From Anthoceros angustus (lineage: Eukaryota > Plantae > Anthocerotophyta): DNA of 64,000 nucleotides. The DNA is taken from the NCBI GenBank assembly GCA_010909165.1, contig MU008154.1, positions 719,682 to 783,681 of the forward strand, in the 5' to 3' direction. Numbering within the stretch: position 1 is the stretch's first letter; every line of letters begins with the position of its first letter. The translations under genes and the position numbers were made by a program. Positions 38,286 to 49,677 of this stretch are shown here, piece by piece. The notes below the pieces were generated by a model. That model searched no databases, was not told the DNA's origin, and saw only the letters and a list, made by a program, of their open reading frames with translations.

Positions 38286-38318
38286 TGTATATTCAGCCGC
38301 TTCAAATATTATGGTGTT
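38286..38318. repeat. 33-bp direct repeat TGTATATTCAGCCGCTTCAAATATTATGGTGTT (second copy 41995-42027); possible transposon terminus
   Basis: Exact match at two junctions between unrelated sequences; sub-motifs GTATATTCA and GCCGCTTCA are repeated just upstream at 38260-38285. Confidence 0.8.
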
Positions 38319-38820
38319 TTCTTCTTCTTCTTCTTCTTCTTCTTCTTCTTCTTCTTCTTCTTCTTCTTCTTCTTCTTCTTCTTCTTCTTCTTCTTCTTCT
38401 TCTTCTTCTTCTTCTTCTTCTTCTTCTTCTTCTTCTTCTTCTTCTTCTTCTTCTTCTTCTTCTTCTTCTTCTTCTTCTTCTTCTTCTTCTTCTTCTTCTT
38501 CTTCTTCTTCTTCTTCTTCTTCTTCTTCTTCTTCTTCTTCTTCTTCTTCTTCTTCTTCTTCTTCTTCTTCTTCTTCTTCCTTCTTCTTCTTCTTCTTCTT
38601 CTTCTTCTTCTTCTTCTTCTTCTTCTTCTTCTTCTTCTTCTTCTTCTTCTTCTTCTTCTTCTTCTTCTTCTTCTTCTTCTTCTTCCTTCTTCTTCTTCTT
38701 CTTCTTCTTCTTCTTCTTCTTCTTCTTCTTCTTCTTCTTCTTCTTCTTCTTCTTCTTCTTCTTCTTCTTCTTCTTCTTCTTCTTCTTCTTCTTCTTCTTC
38801 TTCTTCTTCTTCTTCTTCCT
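38318..38820. repeat. Nearly pure (TTC)n tract of ~500 bp
   Basis: Directly visible; two single-base phase shifts near 38580 and 38686. Confidence 0.99.
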
Positions 38821-39021
38821 CAAGTTATTAATTGTATTTAGAAAACTATGAAACTTCTTCACCTCTAGGTATTGTATGTATACATGTTTAGTATAGTGAT
38901 TATTTTTCACTAGCATAGTAAATAAAAATATTTATTTAATTATTTATGTATGCTATTCTTTGCAACAACAAAGAAACATACAACCATATTACATACATAT
39001 CAGCCCTTCTTGTTTCCACCT

Positions 39022-39996
39022 TTAAATTTGCATACTAAATTGTGCTAACATGAAGTCTTGCGATATGCAATCTCGCATCACTTGACCATGGTACACATCT
39101 AGCTCCGCATCCAAGACCTCTGCACTTTTGACTATGGCAGGTCGTTGGCTACCTCCTCTTCCTACATGTGCCGCCACACTCCCATTTGGGGGTCGTTGGT
39201 TTGCCGCTTGTATTATCATTCGCATATCAATTGCCTCAATGGTCATTGGTTTGCCATCAAGATCCAAGTGGTTGTTTGGCTTAGTGGTTCGACGAGCTTT
39301 CGCGATGAAGAGAACCACAATAATAGGGTTGCAACAAAGTCGGGGCTCAAGTATCACAAAGTTAGAGACTTCAACTTAAACTGAGACAAGATCGACAACA
39401 AAATCCAAATGTAAAATTGAAGTTCAAAACCGCCCAATCATATATCGACAAGCTAGGGCACAAGTAACACTAAATATGCACAAGTTCCACTAAGTACTTA
39501 AGCATCTAACTGCACACCAAAGTGTGTAGTTACAAACCTTGAGGTTAAGTAGTGCGATTGTCTTGCTACAGTTATCCAGAAGTCGTGTGTCAACACCTCC
39601 GGAGCCCCGCCTCGAGAACCTCTCGTCCTTGGCAACAGTTGCGTCCCGCATTGGATGACGAGCACCGCCACGCCTTGCTTTCTTTTTATTGAGCTTGATC
39701 AAGTCATCAAGACTCAATTTGCCTTCCTTAGCGGCAGCGGTTCCATACATATGGTGACCGCCACCGTGGTCCTTTGCCTTAAGCTTGATCAAGTCATGCT
39801 TATTCTTTTTATTGAGCTTGATCAAGTCATCAAGACTCAATTTGCCTTCCTTAGCAGCAGCGGTTTCATGCATGTGGTGACCTGGCTTTGCGTGCATTTT
39901 TTTGAGCTTGATCAAGTCATCAAGACTTAGATGACCACAACGTTGTCTTAGGTCCTCGAGCAACTCATAATTATTGCTTGGTCGCGAGGAATTCAT
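39022..39996 (-). CDS. Cassette multi-SLDDLIK gene, copy F (exon A is the open ORF 39490-39996)
   Basis: ORF MNSSRPSNNYELLEDLRQRCGHLSLDDLIKL...KLSLDDLIKLNKK...KLSLDDLIKLNKKKARRGG; exon B ORF 39022-39357. Confidence 0.5.
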
Positions 39997-41696
39997 TATT
40001 GCTTGGATGTTTGTGCTCTATAATGTATTTAAAATTGGTCAATATGGATTATTTTGTGAAAATATATTCAACCGTGGTGGTTGCTCTCAATATCCTAGGC
40101 AAATCAATTGTTAGGAGTTCTCGAGGTGGAACCCTTGCAAGGATGAGCAATTTTACCGACCACTTATTGTTTGATAGATGTTCAATTTTACCGACCACTT
40201 ATTGTTTGATAGATGTTCAATTTTATAGACCACTTATTGTTTGATAGATGTTCAATTTTATAGACCACTTATTGTTTGATAGATGTTCAATTTTATAGAC
40301 CACTTATTGTTTGATAGATGTTCAATTTTAGACCACTTATTGTTTGATAGATGTTCAATTTTATGACCATTTATTGTTTGATAGATGTTCAATTTTACCG
40401 AGCACTTATTGTTTGATAGATGTTCAATTTTATAGACCACTTATTGTTTGATAGATGTTCACGAGGTGGAACGTGAGGATGAGCAACTTAACAAACCACT
40501 TCTTGTTAGGCTTTCCTAAGGTGCAACGCTGCAGGTGGGCAACTCAACCAACCACTTAGATGATGGCTCCTTTATAGATGACCTTGAATACTAGATACTA
40601 TATGTGATATTTGATATTTCCTTTCTAGCATCTTCAAATTGTTTTTCTTGTGATAGGTACTATAAATGGATATTTGATATTTCCTTTATGGCTCAAGTTG
40701 TTTTTCTTGTAATACATACTATTAATGGATATATGATATTTCCTTTCCAAAGATGTTCTAATTGTTTTCTTGTGGTAGCGATATTATATTTATATTTGGT
40801 ATTTTCTTTTGTGGTATCTTTGAATTTCTTTTTCGTATTGGTCCATCTTAGTAACAAAATGGCATGGTTGTGCAACTTAATAATTAAGTCTCCTCACCTT
40901 GCCTTCTTAATGTACAACATGTCAATTGGAGAACTAAACTACACCAAATCAGGAATAGAAGTTGATGTGGGAAATAGTTACCACACGTGATTAGACAAAG
41001 GCATTTGTTTCGTTGATGAACTTTGTGACGTGAACTAAGCAATGTCATGCCTAACACTTCAGCCCAAATGTGGTAACATGGTCATAGTTTTAACCTTATC
41101 AATGTTATGAATTGCGTACTAAACTTACGTCAACTTAAGGCTGGCCTTGATTGCCACGAACCTTTTATGTTGAAGCTCACGATGGCCTCCCAAAACCTTC
41201 TTACTAAGGGCTGTCCATGGCATTCAAACCTTCATCAAAAGGAGCCATTCAGATATCTAGTTTCGGCACCGAATCTTTATCAAGGTGCCCAATATTGCAA
41301 GGCGCAGCAATTAGGAGACCCCAATACTTTAGTGTAGATGAGACCATCCAATTTGTACACTTTACATAAAGAACTACTCATCATATTATGATTTCAAGGA
41401 CTATCAAACTCATGAGAGCGTAAAACAAACCTAGACTTGTAGGATAAGAGGTTAGTCGTAGAGACTTTGCGTTGTGGAATAGCAGGTTTGACCTACTTTG
41501 GGCTTTTCTTGTGAATACATAAGCATTGGGATTCTCATCTTATCTCCATTTTCAAATTTCATGGCCAAACGGAAAAAAACATGACTACAATAATATAAAT
41601 TAAACCACTAGCACAACAAAATTAAGGCATAATAAAGCAAAAAAGAATAAAACATAAAACATAAAACAAAACAAAACCTCAAACAACGGCAAAACN

Positions 41697-41697
41697 G
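41697..41697. other. Assembly gap (single N)
   Basis: n in the sequence; the cassette copy stops abruptly here. Confidence 0.99.
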
Positions 41698-42027
41698 AGT
41701 CCCAGCCTTGTTTTGATCGTGCAGTAGGTACGCTTTGTCAGCTGGGTTGAAAGTTTTATGTAACGATTTGTTGACGGCGGGCGGCATGCGCCTTCACCTT
41801 CAAAAGCCTTTAACGGCTTACGCCCAAAACGCCTATTTCAAGGCAACCACCATAACTAGAGGCGATTTCTAACTAATGGAAATTGCATTGAGATGACATA
41901 ACACCCATCCCTTAGAATCAAATCATGCTTAATCATGCATTATAGGTACTGTCAAGATTTGAACATGAGGGTTTCTGATTTGCGGAAGAGGGTTTGTATA
42001 TTCAGCCGCTTCAAATATTATGGTGTT

Positions 42028-42532
42028 AGACCTTTGTGCGTCTTCTTGCTAACGTGAGTCTGAGTCCGAGCGTGCACGCTCCGGAGAGATTGATCGGGGT
42101 CCCGCGACGGACCTAGCGTGTTGTGGTGTGTGTGTGGGAGGAGGATCGGGGATCGTGCTCGCCCGCAGCCGAGGCCCGATGAACGGACCGGAGCGAGCGA
42201 AGGGACTGGAGTCAGAGCCCTGGACGAGAGGCCCTAGAACGACCAGGAGGTCCCGGGGCAGGTAACCCGACGTCTTTCCTAAGACCGATAAGTGTAGTGT
42301 GAGTGAGAGAGGAGACGAGAGGTGAGTGTGACGTGGAACGAAAGCGACAACGTCAACGCTGGGCCATACCGGCCTGCAAGGTGATTGTTGCGTAGTTAGA
42401 CGTGAACGATGAATGTGCGTTGGAACTAAAAGTGACGAGAATCGCTTTGAACGCAACGAAAGCTGTCATTCCCTTTGGGAACTGACTCCTACAACGACAC
42501 GGGGGCGCTACCGTCACCAAAGTCGCGCCACA
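42028..42532 (+). mobile_element. Fragment of the gypsy LTR (last ~500 bp, R/U5 part)
   Basis: Homologous to 19514-20013, ends AGTCGCGCCACA, no PBS following. Confidence 0.88.
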
Positions 42533-42628
42533 ATCCTCCTCGTACTCTAGAGACCATCCATGAGACTTTCATGTTGGAGTTTGAGAGGTTAGGGTTCGCC
42601 CGGTGATGCTGAGTTAGGTATAGGTCAT

Positions 42629-45600
42629 TGAAGAATAATTATTGTTTATGTGTTGACTCATGCTAGGGTTAGTTACCTTAGTTTAGTTAACCTATCTGAT
42701 GTGTAAACTAGGTCTAGTCACCTAGTACCCTTTCGGTAGGGTTGTGACTCTTACGAGTAGACGTAACACTTGGTATCTTAATTAGGTTGTTTTAAGCATA
42801 AGCAAGTTACTCTTTATTTGATCTTTCAATTCAATCAACAATGTAATTGTGTTTTATATAATTTAGTTATCCAATTCACATAAAATCTTCATGGTATCAG
42901 AGCAGGGATAGATGGAGATGCATCTAGTATGCACACACAAATTTTCTGCATTAGAAGATGTGCAGAAAGATGTGTTTTATTATTGTTTTGAATAATAACA
43001 TGTTCTTGAAAAGGAACTTTTAAAGAAACATCAAGAAATGAATTTTGTGTTGTTTTCTTTAAAAATCTATACAAATTCTGCTAGGTAGGTAGCCATTCTA
43101 GCGCATTCATTGAATTGCTCCTTGAGCAATTGCAATGAACATACACTAGAACAATGCCCAATGGGCAAAATTATATATAGAAAACAAAAGAAATATAAGA
43201 TGCACTGCACTTATAAAACACAATCGCTCGCACATGGCCAATTTAGATGCGCACCAGCACAGAACACCGCTACTCGTAATCATCCTAGGCAAAATAGGTC
43301 AAGAATGGGCACACAATTGCTTCTCGCATTCGCATCCTACAATGGAGCCAACAAAACCAAAATAGACCTATGCAAATTGCTGATCCGAGACGATTTAATA
43401 CTATTGTGGAATTTCTCTATCCTCAAGAGCGTAATCCGGTGTTTACTCTTCCTCCAAGAAATCCACTAAATTTGCGGCGCGTGTACAAAGAGCTTTTGAT
43501 GGAAACGCAGCCCCGTGGTTTCATCACAACTCGTCGCCACAAACACGTGTCGCAATAATTAATCGCATCAAGCAAAATGTGATAGTGACGCACACAATTA
43601 ATGGACACTTGTCTACGCAAGCGACTGGATCCGAAGGAGCAAGTTGCACACTTGGACTACAAGTCGTTATGCCGCCCGAGATGCTCAAAAATCCAGTGTT
43701 AAACACTCGTAAACACGCAAGTAAGACAAATCGTGAGCGAAGCTTTAGCTCACTTAACTCGTGTCCATCTTGCTCCACGATGCCTACAATAGGTTCGAGA
43801 TGAGGAGCTCCAAAATTGCACGAGGAGGATCTCGATCAAAACCGCAACGCCGTAATCAACAAGCGTTATGAGCGTGTCCGATCGATTTTGGGGATATATT
43901 CAATAATGAATTTGAACCCGAGGTCGAACAACAAGCCATAAACATGGCGACGCAATTTCAACTCCAAACTATGGAGGTAACAAATCCTTCAAGGAGAAGG
44001 ATCGGTTCAATGGCAATGACTTTGACATATGGCAGATCCGGATGGAGGGCGTCCTTGAAATGAGGGGCCTGCTAAAACATGCAACCGGAAAGGTAGTGAA
44101 ACCAGACGAGGGATCTTCAGGAGAAGAAGAATGGTTAGCTAAGGATAGCGGAGCCAAGTACCTCATTCGCAGTGGCCTGACAACTGAAATGTTGAGGCAT
44201 GGGGTGGAAACTTCAGAAATCATGAATCGCCTAAAGGAACTCTACGCAGCGTAACATGGTCGCTGACATGCTTTAAGAAATTTCAGAACTTGAGAATGAA
44301 GGATGGGGACTGGAGAAGCACGTGAGTACCTTTAGGACCCTAGCCTCCCGCCTGTGGTGCCTCTAAAGTTGCCATCAAGGATGATGAGATGGTGATGAGG
44401 CTCCTTCTTCGCCTCGAGTCTTGGTCACACTGTGACCTCCCACATGCCGACACAAGCTACACCGCAAGCAATAGAGATGCGAGATGTCATTCTCACAACT
44501 TGTGAGTTCCATGTCGCAAGAAGAGGCGTAACTAATCACAAGAAAGGTGGAAACAACTGCCCTCAACACACCTCAAATCAAGGCGAGGAGGCAAGAAATC
44601 CTTCTCCAAAGGAGGTGGTGGAAATCCTTCCAAGGGGAGGTAGCGTGCGGATCCTCATCTCGAAGAAGATTAAAGCTGTGCACCCGCAATCTGCAAGCCG
44701 CCTCGACATTGGGAAAAAGAGTGTCGCAAGGATGACAACCGATTTGTCACCTATATCCTCGAAGAACAAAAGCGAATGTTTCTCCTACTTCAAGGAATAC
44801 ATCAAATTAGAATGACAGAAAAACTCAAGACACGAGATCCGATAATGGCGGGAATTTACATCTAATGAATTCCAGTATCAGAAAGATGAAGGCATTGACG
44901 CCAACTCACCGTCGTATACACTCCACAGCAGAATGGAGTGGCAGAGCGCTTGAACCTCACATTGCAGGAGATGGTCTCCTCATTGTTACATGATGCTCAT
45001 TTGCCACTTTGGGGTGAGGCTTTGATGACTTCAACTTTTCTCTGAATAGGTTACCACCAGCTTGAAGGCAAAACTCCTTATGAGGCTTTACGGAAGCCCT
45101 ATTCAACACTTGAGGACCTTGGTGTCTCGCATGCCTTCATCCCTAAGCGAAACGCGATAAGTGCCGATAAGTCATAAGCGCTTATCTGGGGTATCTGGAG
45201 GATTAAAGCTTACAAGCTATATGATGTCCCACAATAGAGTCATCTATGCTGAGTGTTACATTTGATGAAACGACTTGGGCGTCTGGGAGCACACACTCAT
45301 GTTCCCACTCAAGTGGAGGAAACCTATGAACTCTCTCACTATGACTGACAGATCATGGCACTCATACTCCACCTTGAGGAACATGCTCCCAGGAGGGCAA
45401 TCAGCGATGTTAGGAGAAGAACAACTCGACATTCAAATGCAATGCCGATCTACAGGATCACATTCCTCAACCAGGTATAGCGATCGATGATGCAACGATG
45501 CTGATCAGGATGCTCGACGAGGAATTAGAGGAAGTTAATGATGTACTTCTCAACGAGAGCGAGCCGCGACATTACCCTACACGTGAAGCCTCCTCCGACT

Positions 45601-48447
45601 ACTATCATGCACGACGTGATTACTCTTCTCATGTGAAGGCTTATGCCGCCACAAGATTAGATCCCATAGAGCCACTTATGAGGAAGCTCTCGCAGCGATC
45701 ACAAGGAATGGAGAAAGGCAATCCAGTCAGAATATGATTCTCTTATCGAGAATGGAACTTGGGAACTAGCAAAGTTGCCCAAGGGCAGAAAACTGGTGTC
45801 ATGTAAATGGGTCTTTAAATTGAAGGTCAAGGCGGATGGATCGTTTGATAGATACAAGGCCAGATTTGTTGCTAGAGGTTTCACACAAATTCCAGGTTTA
45901 GATTACCTCGAAACCTTTGCTCGTCGTCAAGCTACTTTTCGGACCATGTGTGCGATTGTCACGACAAGGACTACGAGGATGTTTGATGTGAAGACGGCTT
46001 TCTTGCATGGAATCCTTGATGAGATCTACATGCATACACCGTTATGAGGTTAACAAGGAGGATTATGCTTGCAAACTAATTAAGTGCCTCTATGGACTTA
46101 AGCAGCAATGAAATGGAATCTTTGGACAAGGAGTTGCGAGCTCTAGGTTTTACAAAAAGTAAGGAATGACTTATACGTATACATCAAGAATGATGTAATC
46201 TACTTAGTTATGTCGATGACCTCATCCTTGCAAGCAACATGGATTTTATCTCTCGATCACGAATGTGGCACAAAAATTCAAGATGTCGGACCTTGGACCT
46301 TTGCAAAGTTGCTTAGGAATACACATTCGAATAGAGAAAAAGGATCCTTACCATGACTCACCGATATCTGGAAAGTGCAGGCTTAGGACTCAAAGATGCC
46401 AAACTGTGCAACACCTCTTCCAAGTGGTCTCAAGTTGAGCAAAGATATGTCGCCACATTACCCGAGAAGGACGATATGAGAAATGTGCCATACGGGCAAG
46501 GTGTGGGCAAACTCATATATGCTGCCAACACATACACCAGAGGTATACTCGACAAGTGCTCGTCCAAGATCTCGAAAACCACAGGCGACACATTGGACTT
46601 GTGTTAAGAGAGTTTTCCAGATCCGAAAGGCACACCAAAGGGGTATTGTGTATACTCACAAAGATGGTGTGCACTGACGTACACCGATTCGATTATGCAT
46701 AGATACGAGGAGGTCGGGGAGTTATGTGGTGAGCTCTTTGGAGGACCTATTTGTTGGTCAAGCAAAAGCAACCAGTTGCACTCTCAAGCACGAGGCGAAT
46801 AAGAGTACTTACAGCGAAGGAGGTTATTTGGCTAAAGCTGCTGGAGCTTGGCATTGAGTTGCTTGCACAAAATCGAACCGACAACCGAGGGTCAATTTCA
46901 CTAGCTGAAAATCCCGTCTTCCACTCCAGGACAAAAGCACGTGGCAATGGAATACCACTGGATTAGAGAGCTACTAGCTGCAAGCACAATATCTCTGGAA
47001 TACATAGCAACTCAAGAAAACCCAGTTGATATTTTCACAAAGGCTCTAGGCAGGGATCTACATGAGAAGCATGTAAAGTTTTTAGGCCTAGGTGACTCCT
47101 CGGAGTCCCTAGGTACTAGTGCATAAAGTCAAGTCATTACGGCATTCTAGCTACTACCACGAAGAAGAGCATTCGTCGGTGTAGTCGTTGAAGTTTGTCT
47201 CATCACGAGACTTCAAAGAATAGGAATCCCCATCGGACTCGATTCTCCGGCTGCAGCGTGACTCTCCTCCTCATCTTGAAGGATCGGGCTGCTATAGGAG
47301 CGGTGGTTTTCCTCCACTCTCTTGCCCGGCCCGAAATCGTCTTGATTGGAGGCTCGATTCTTCCAGCGTATGTTGGATCCCGCCATGACGGTGGGAGCTT
47401 AGCATCTCACATGCACAAGAAAAGATTGCAACGAGTATTGAAGCTGGGATCTTACTATAAGTGCGACCACATGAAATGGGTAAGCCAGCTTTCGACCTTG
47501 ACACGTCTCATCACGGCTTTGTCGCCCATAAACCCTGACCACGAGGTGCGCGGATGCTTGATGGAGCCATAAGAGACGATCTGAGTCTCCTTGAACAGTC
47601 TGCAGGCTTAGGAAAGCTAGGCTCTTCACAGGGGTTAGTCTCATTCTCAGAAAAGCCGAAATCAGGATTAACAGCATGGGCTTTTACTCTTGTCGCTGCT
47701 TTGGGTCTGGATGAGGCGGCGCGTGCTGCTGCAGGCCCGCCCATGGGCTCACTTGCTGCTGGAGTGGCGGCTCGCCTTGCTAGGACCTCCTTGGTCGTCC
47801 GGCCTTCCAAGGGCGCCACTGGTACCCTTGGAGTGCTCACATCGTGAGGAACCCGAGCATTCTTCTAGTGGTAAACCCGCCCATGCGGTCCCTAGGCTGA
47901 TTTCTACGCGCTTGGAGTCTCGGGCGTGAGGCGAAGACATGATGCTCCGCTCGCACTCCTTAGCCGGATAATGAGAACTACACTGCCACGTATGCTATTG
48001 TTGAGCACCGTGCACCACTTCACACCGGGTGTCTCCATGCTTTTATTCGCCAAGGAGGGGGCGTAAGCTCGCCTATGGTACTCGCGTGCGAACTAGGGCG
48101 TAAAATCCGCCGACAAAGCATCAAAGGGACAACACAAGGAACCCAAAAGAGAAGACCGTAGTCATGATCAACAAGTGGGAGTGAAGGAATAATTATTGTT
48201 TATGTGTTGACTCATGCTAGGGTTATGTTACCTTAGTTTAGTTAACCTATCGATGTGTAAACTAGGTCTAGTCACCTAGTACCCTTTCGGTAGGGTTGTG
48301 ACTCTTAGTAGACGTAACACTTGGTATCTTAATTAGGTTGTTTTAAGCATAAGCAAGTTACTCTTTATTTTGATCTTTTCAATTCAATCAACAATGTAAT
48401 TGTGTTTTATATAATTTATTAATTATCCAATTCACATAAAATCTTCA
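42629..48447 (+). mobile_element. Ty1/copia element 2, ~5.8 kb, LTRs 42629-42891 and 48182-48447, internally deleted, no matching TSD
   Basis: ~265-bp TG..CA LTRs nearly identical; perfect PBS TGGTATCAGAGC 42892-42903; PPT AAGTGGGAG; gag KEKDRFNGNDFDIWQIRM; RT LVSCKWVFKLK, YVDD (46209); RNase H ENPVDIFTKAL. Confidence 0.93.
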
Positions 48448-48620
48448 CCGGTGGCGCTGGGATTTGATTTGTCTAGGTTTTATCCTAGCTAATTATGTTA
48501 GAAAAGGCTTAGATGCAAGAGTGGCACGAGCCGTTTCCTTGGGTTCGAACCAACGACTACATCGGCAAGGGTTATAACTGTGCACCCTGCTAGCCCCTCA
48601 AGCAAAAGTATCCCCACATG

Positions 48621-49015
48621 AATTGATAGTGAAACAAGCTACTATACTTAGTGTGTTTTGTATACGATTGATAGTGAAACAAGCTGCTATACTTAGTGTG
48701 TTTTGTATACGATTGATATTGAAACGAGCTACTATACTTAGTATGTTTGGTAAACAAGCTGCTATACTTAGCGTGTTTTGTATACGATTGATATTGAAAC
48801 GAGCTACTATACTTAGTATGTTTGGTATCAGATTGATAGTGATATAAGCTGCTACACTGAGTCTGTTTGGTATAGGATTGTAATTGTAATCCATTGATAG
48901 TGATACAAGCTGCTATACTTAGTGTGCTTGATATGGGATTGTAATAGTAAACTATTGATAGTGATACAAGCCACTATATTTAACTTTGATGATGACACAA
49001 GCTGGTATACTTAAC
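48621..49015. repeat. 45-bp minisatellite GATTGATAGTGAAACAAGCTGCTATACTTAGTGTGTTTTGTATAC, ~8 copies degenerating to the right
   Basis: Directly visible periodicity. Confidence 0.92.
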
Positions 49016-49677
49016 TTTACTTGGAGGTTATCATAGATAGGAAATCTGATTATATAGAGAGCCTAAAATAAATAAGAATGTTAGGATATAACAAGTTGGG
49101 ACGTCCAATGGGACGCCTAGAATGTCTTTACATACTTTAGTGTGTCCACTTAAGTTACGGAAAATCAAGGCATACAAGGAAATTGGGAAGGCGAATGTGC
49201 GTGAGTGAAGGCCGAGAACCGTGGAGCATGCATACGTATTATTAGGAAATTCCCATTGTCAAGCTCCCGAAATTTTGAGGCAAATCCCGAAGGGAAAATG
49301 CCACTCTAAAACTATCCTCACTTCCAAAAAGGATGTACCGCATGTCCAAATGACTTCCATGATCAATTCCGGAATCAGGGCTCACCAGAATAGGCATCTC
49401 AATAGATACAAATACTCTTCTGAGTCTTTAAGTACCTAATGAACGTGCACACCCCCAACTCTCCCCACTAATTCTACATATGCTGTTCTCAGTACAAACG
49501 GGATATTCACAAGGGACGATAATCCCGCTTCGATGGGAGATTGCAAACGAGAGTGAAAAATTAAGCCCAAAACGACACTATGCAAGTAACAGGCTTATTA
49601 ATAAAACCAAATTCTGAAGTCACGATGTCTAAGGCTAACAAACTAACATCAAACACTGATGCAAAATTTGAGCCTGC

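Larger units (their letters stand above)
38318..41696 (+). repeat. Dispersed cassette copy (F), beginning at an expanded (TTC)n tract and ending at an N gap
   Basis: Colinear with unit A ~630-3800; N at 41697. Confidence 0.95.

Noticed and set aside
38270-38300. GCCGCTTCA as a Mu-end / nanopore rapid-adapter remnant
   Set aside because: Only 9 nt match; the rest of the adapter is absent.
38176-38916. Poly-S/F/L/K/E/R ORFs (also 578-802, 4773-5069, 8848-9202, 13938-14277)
   Set aside because: These are translations of the (TTC)n/(GAA)n tract, which has no stops.
48530-48600. tRNA or SINE from the GGTTCGAACC B-box-like motif
   Set aside because: No convincing A box or cloverleaf on either strand.
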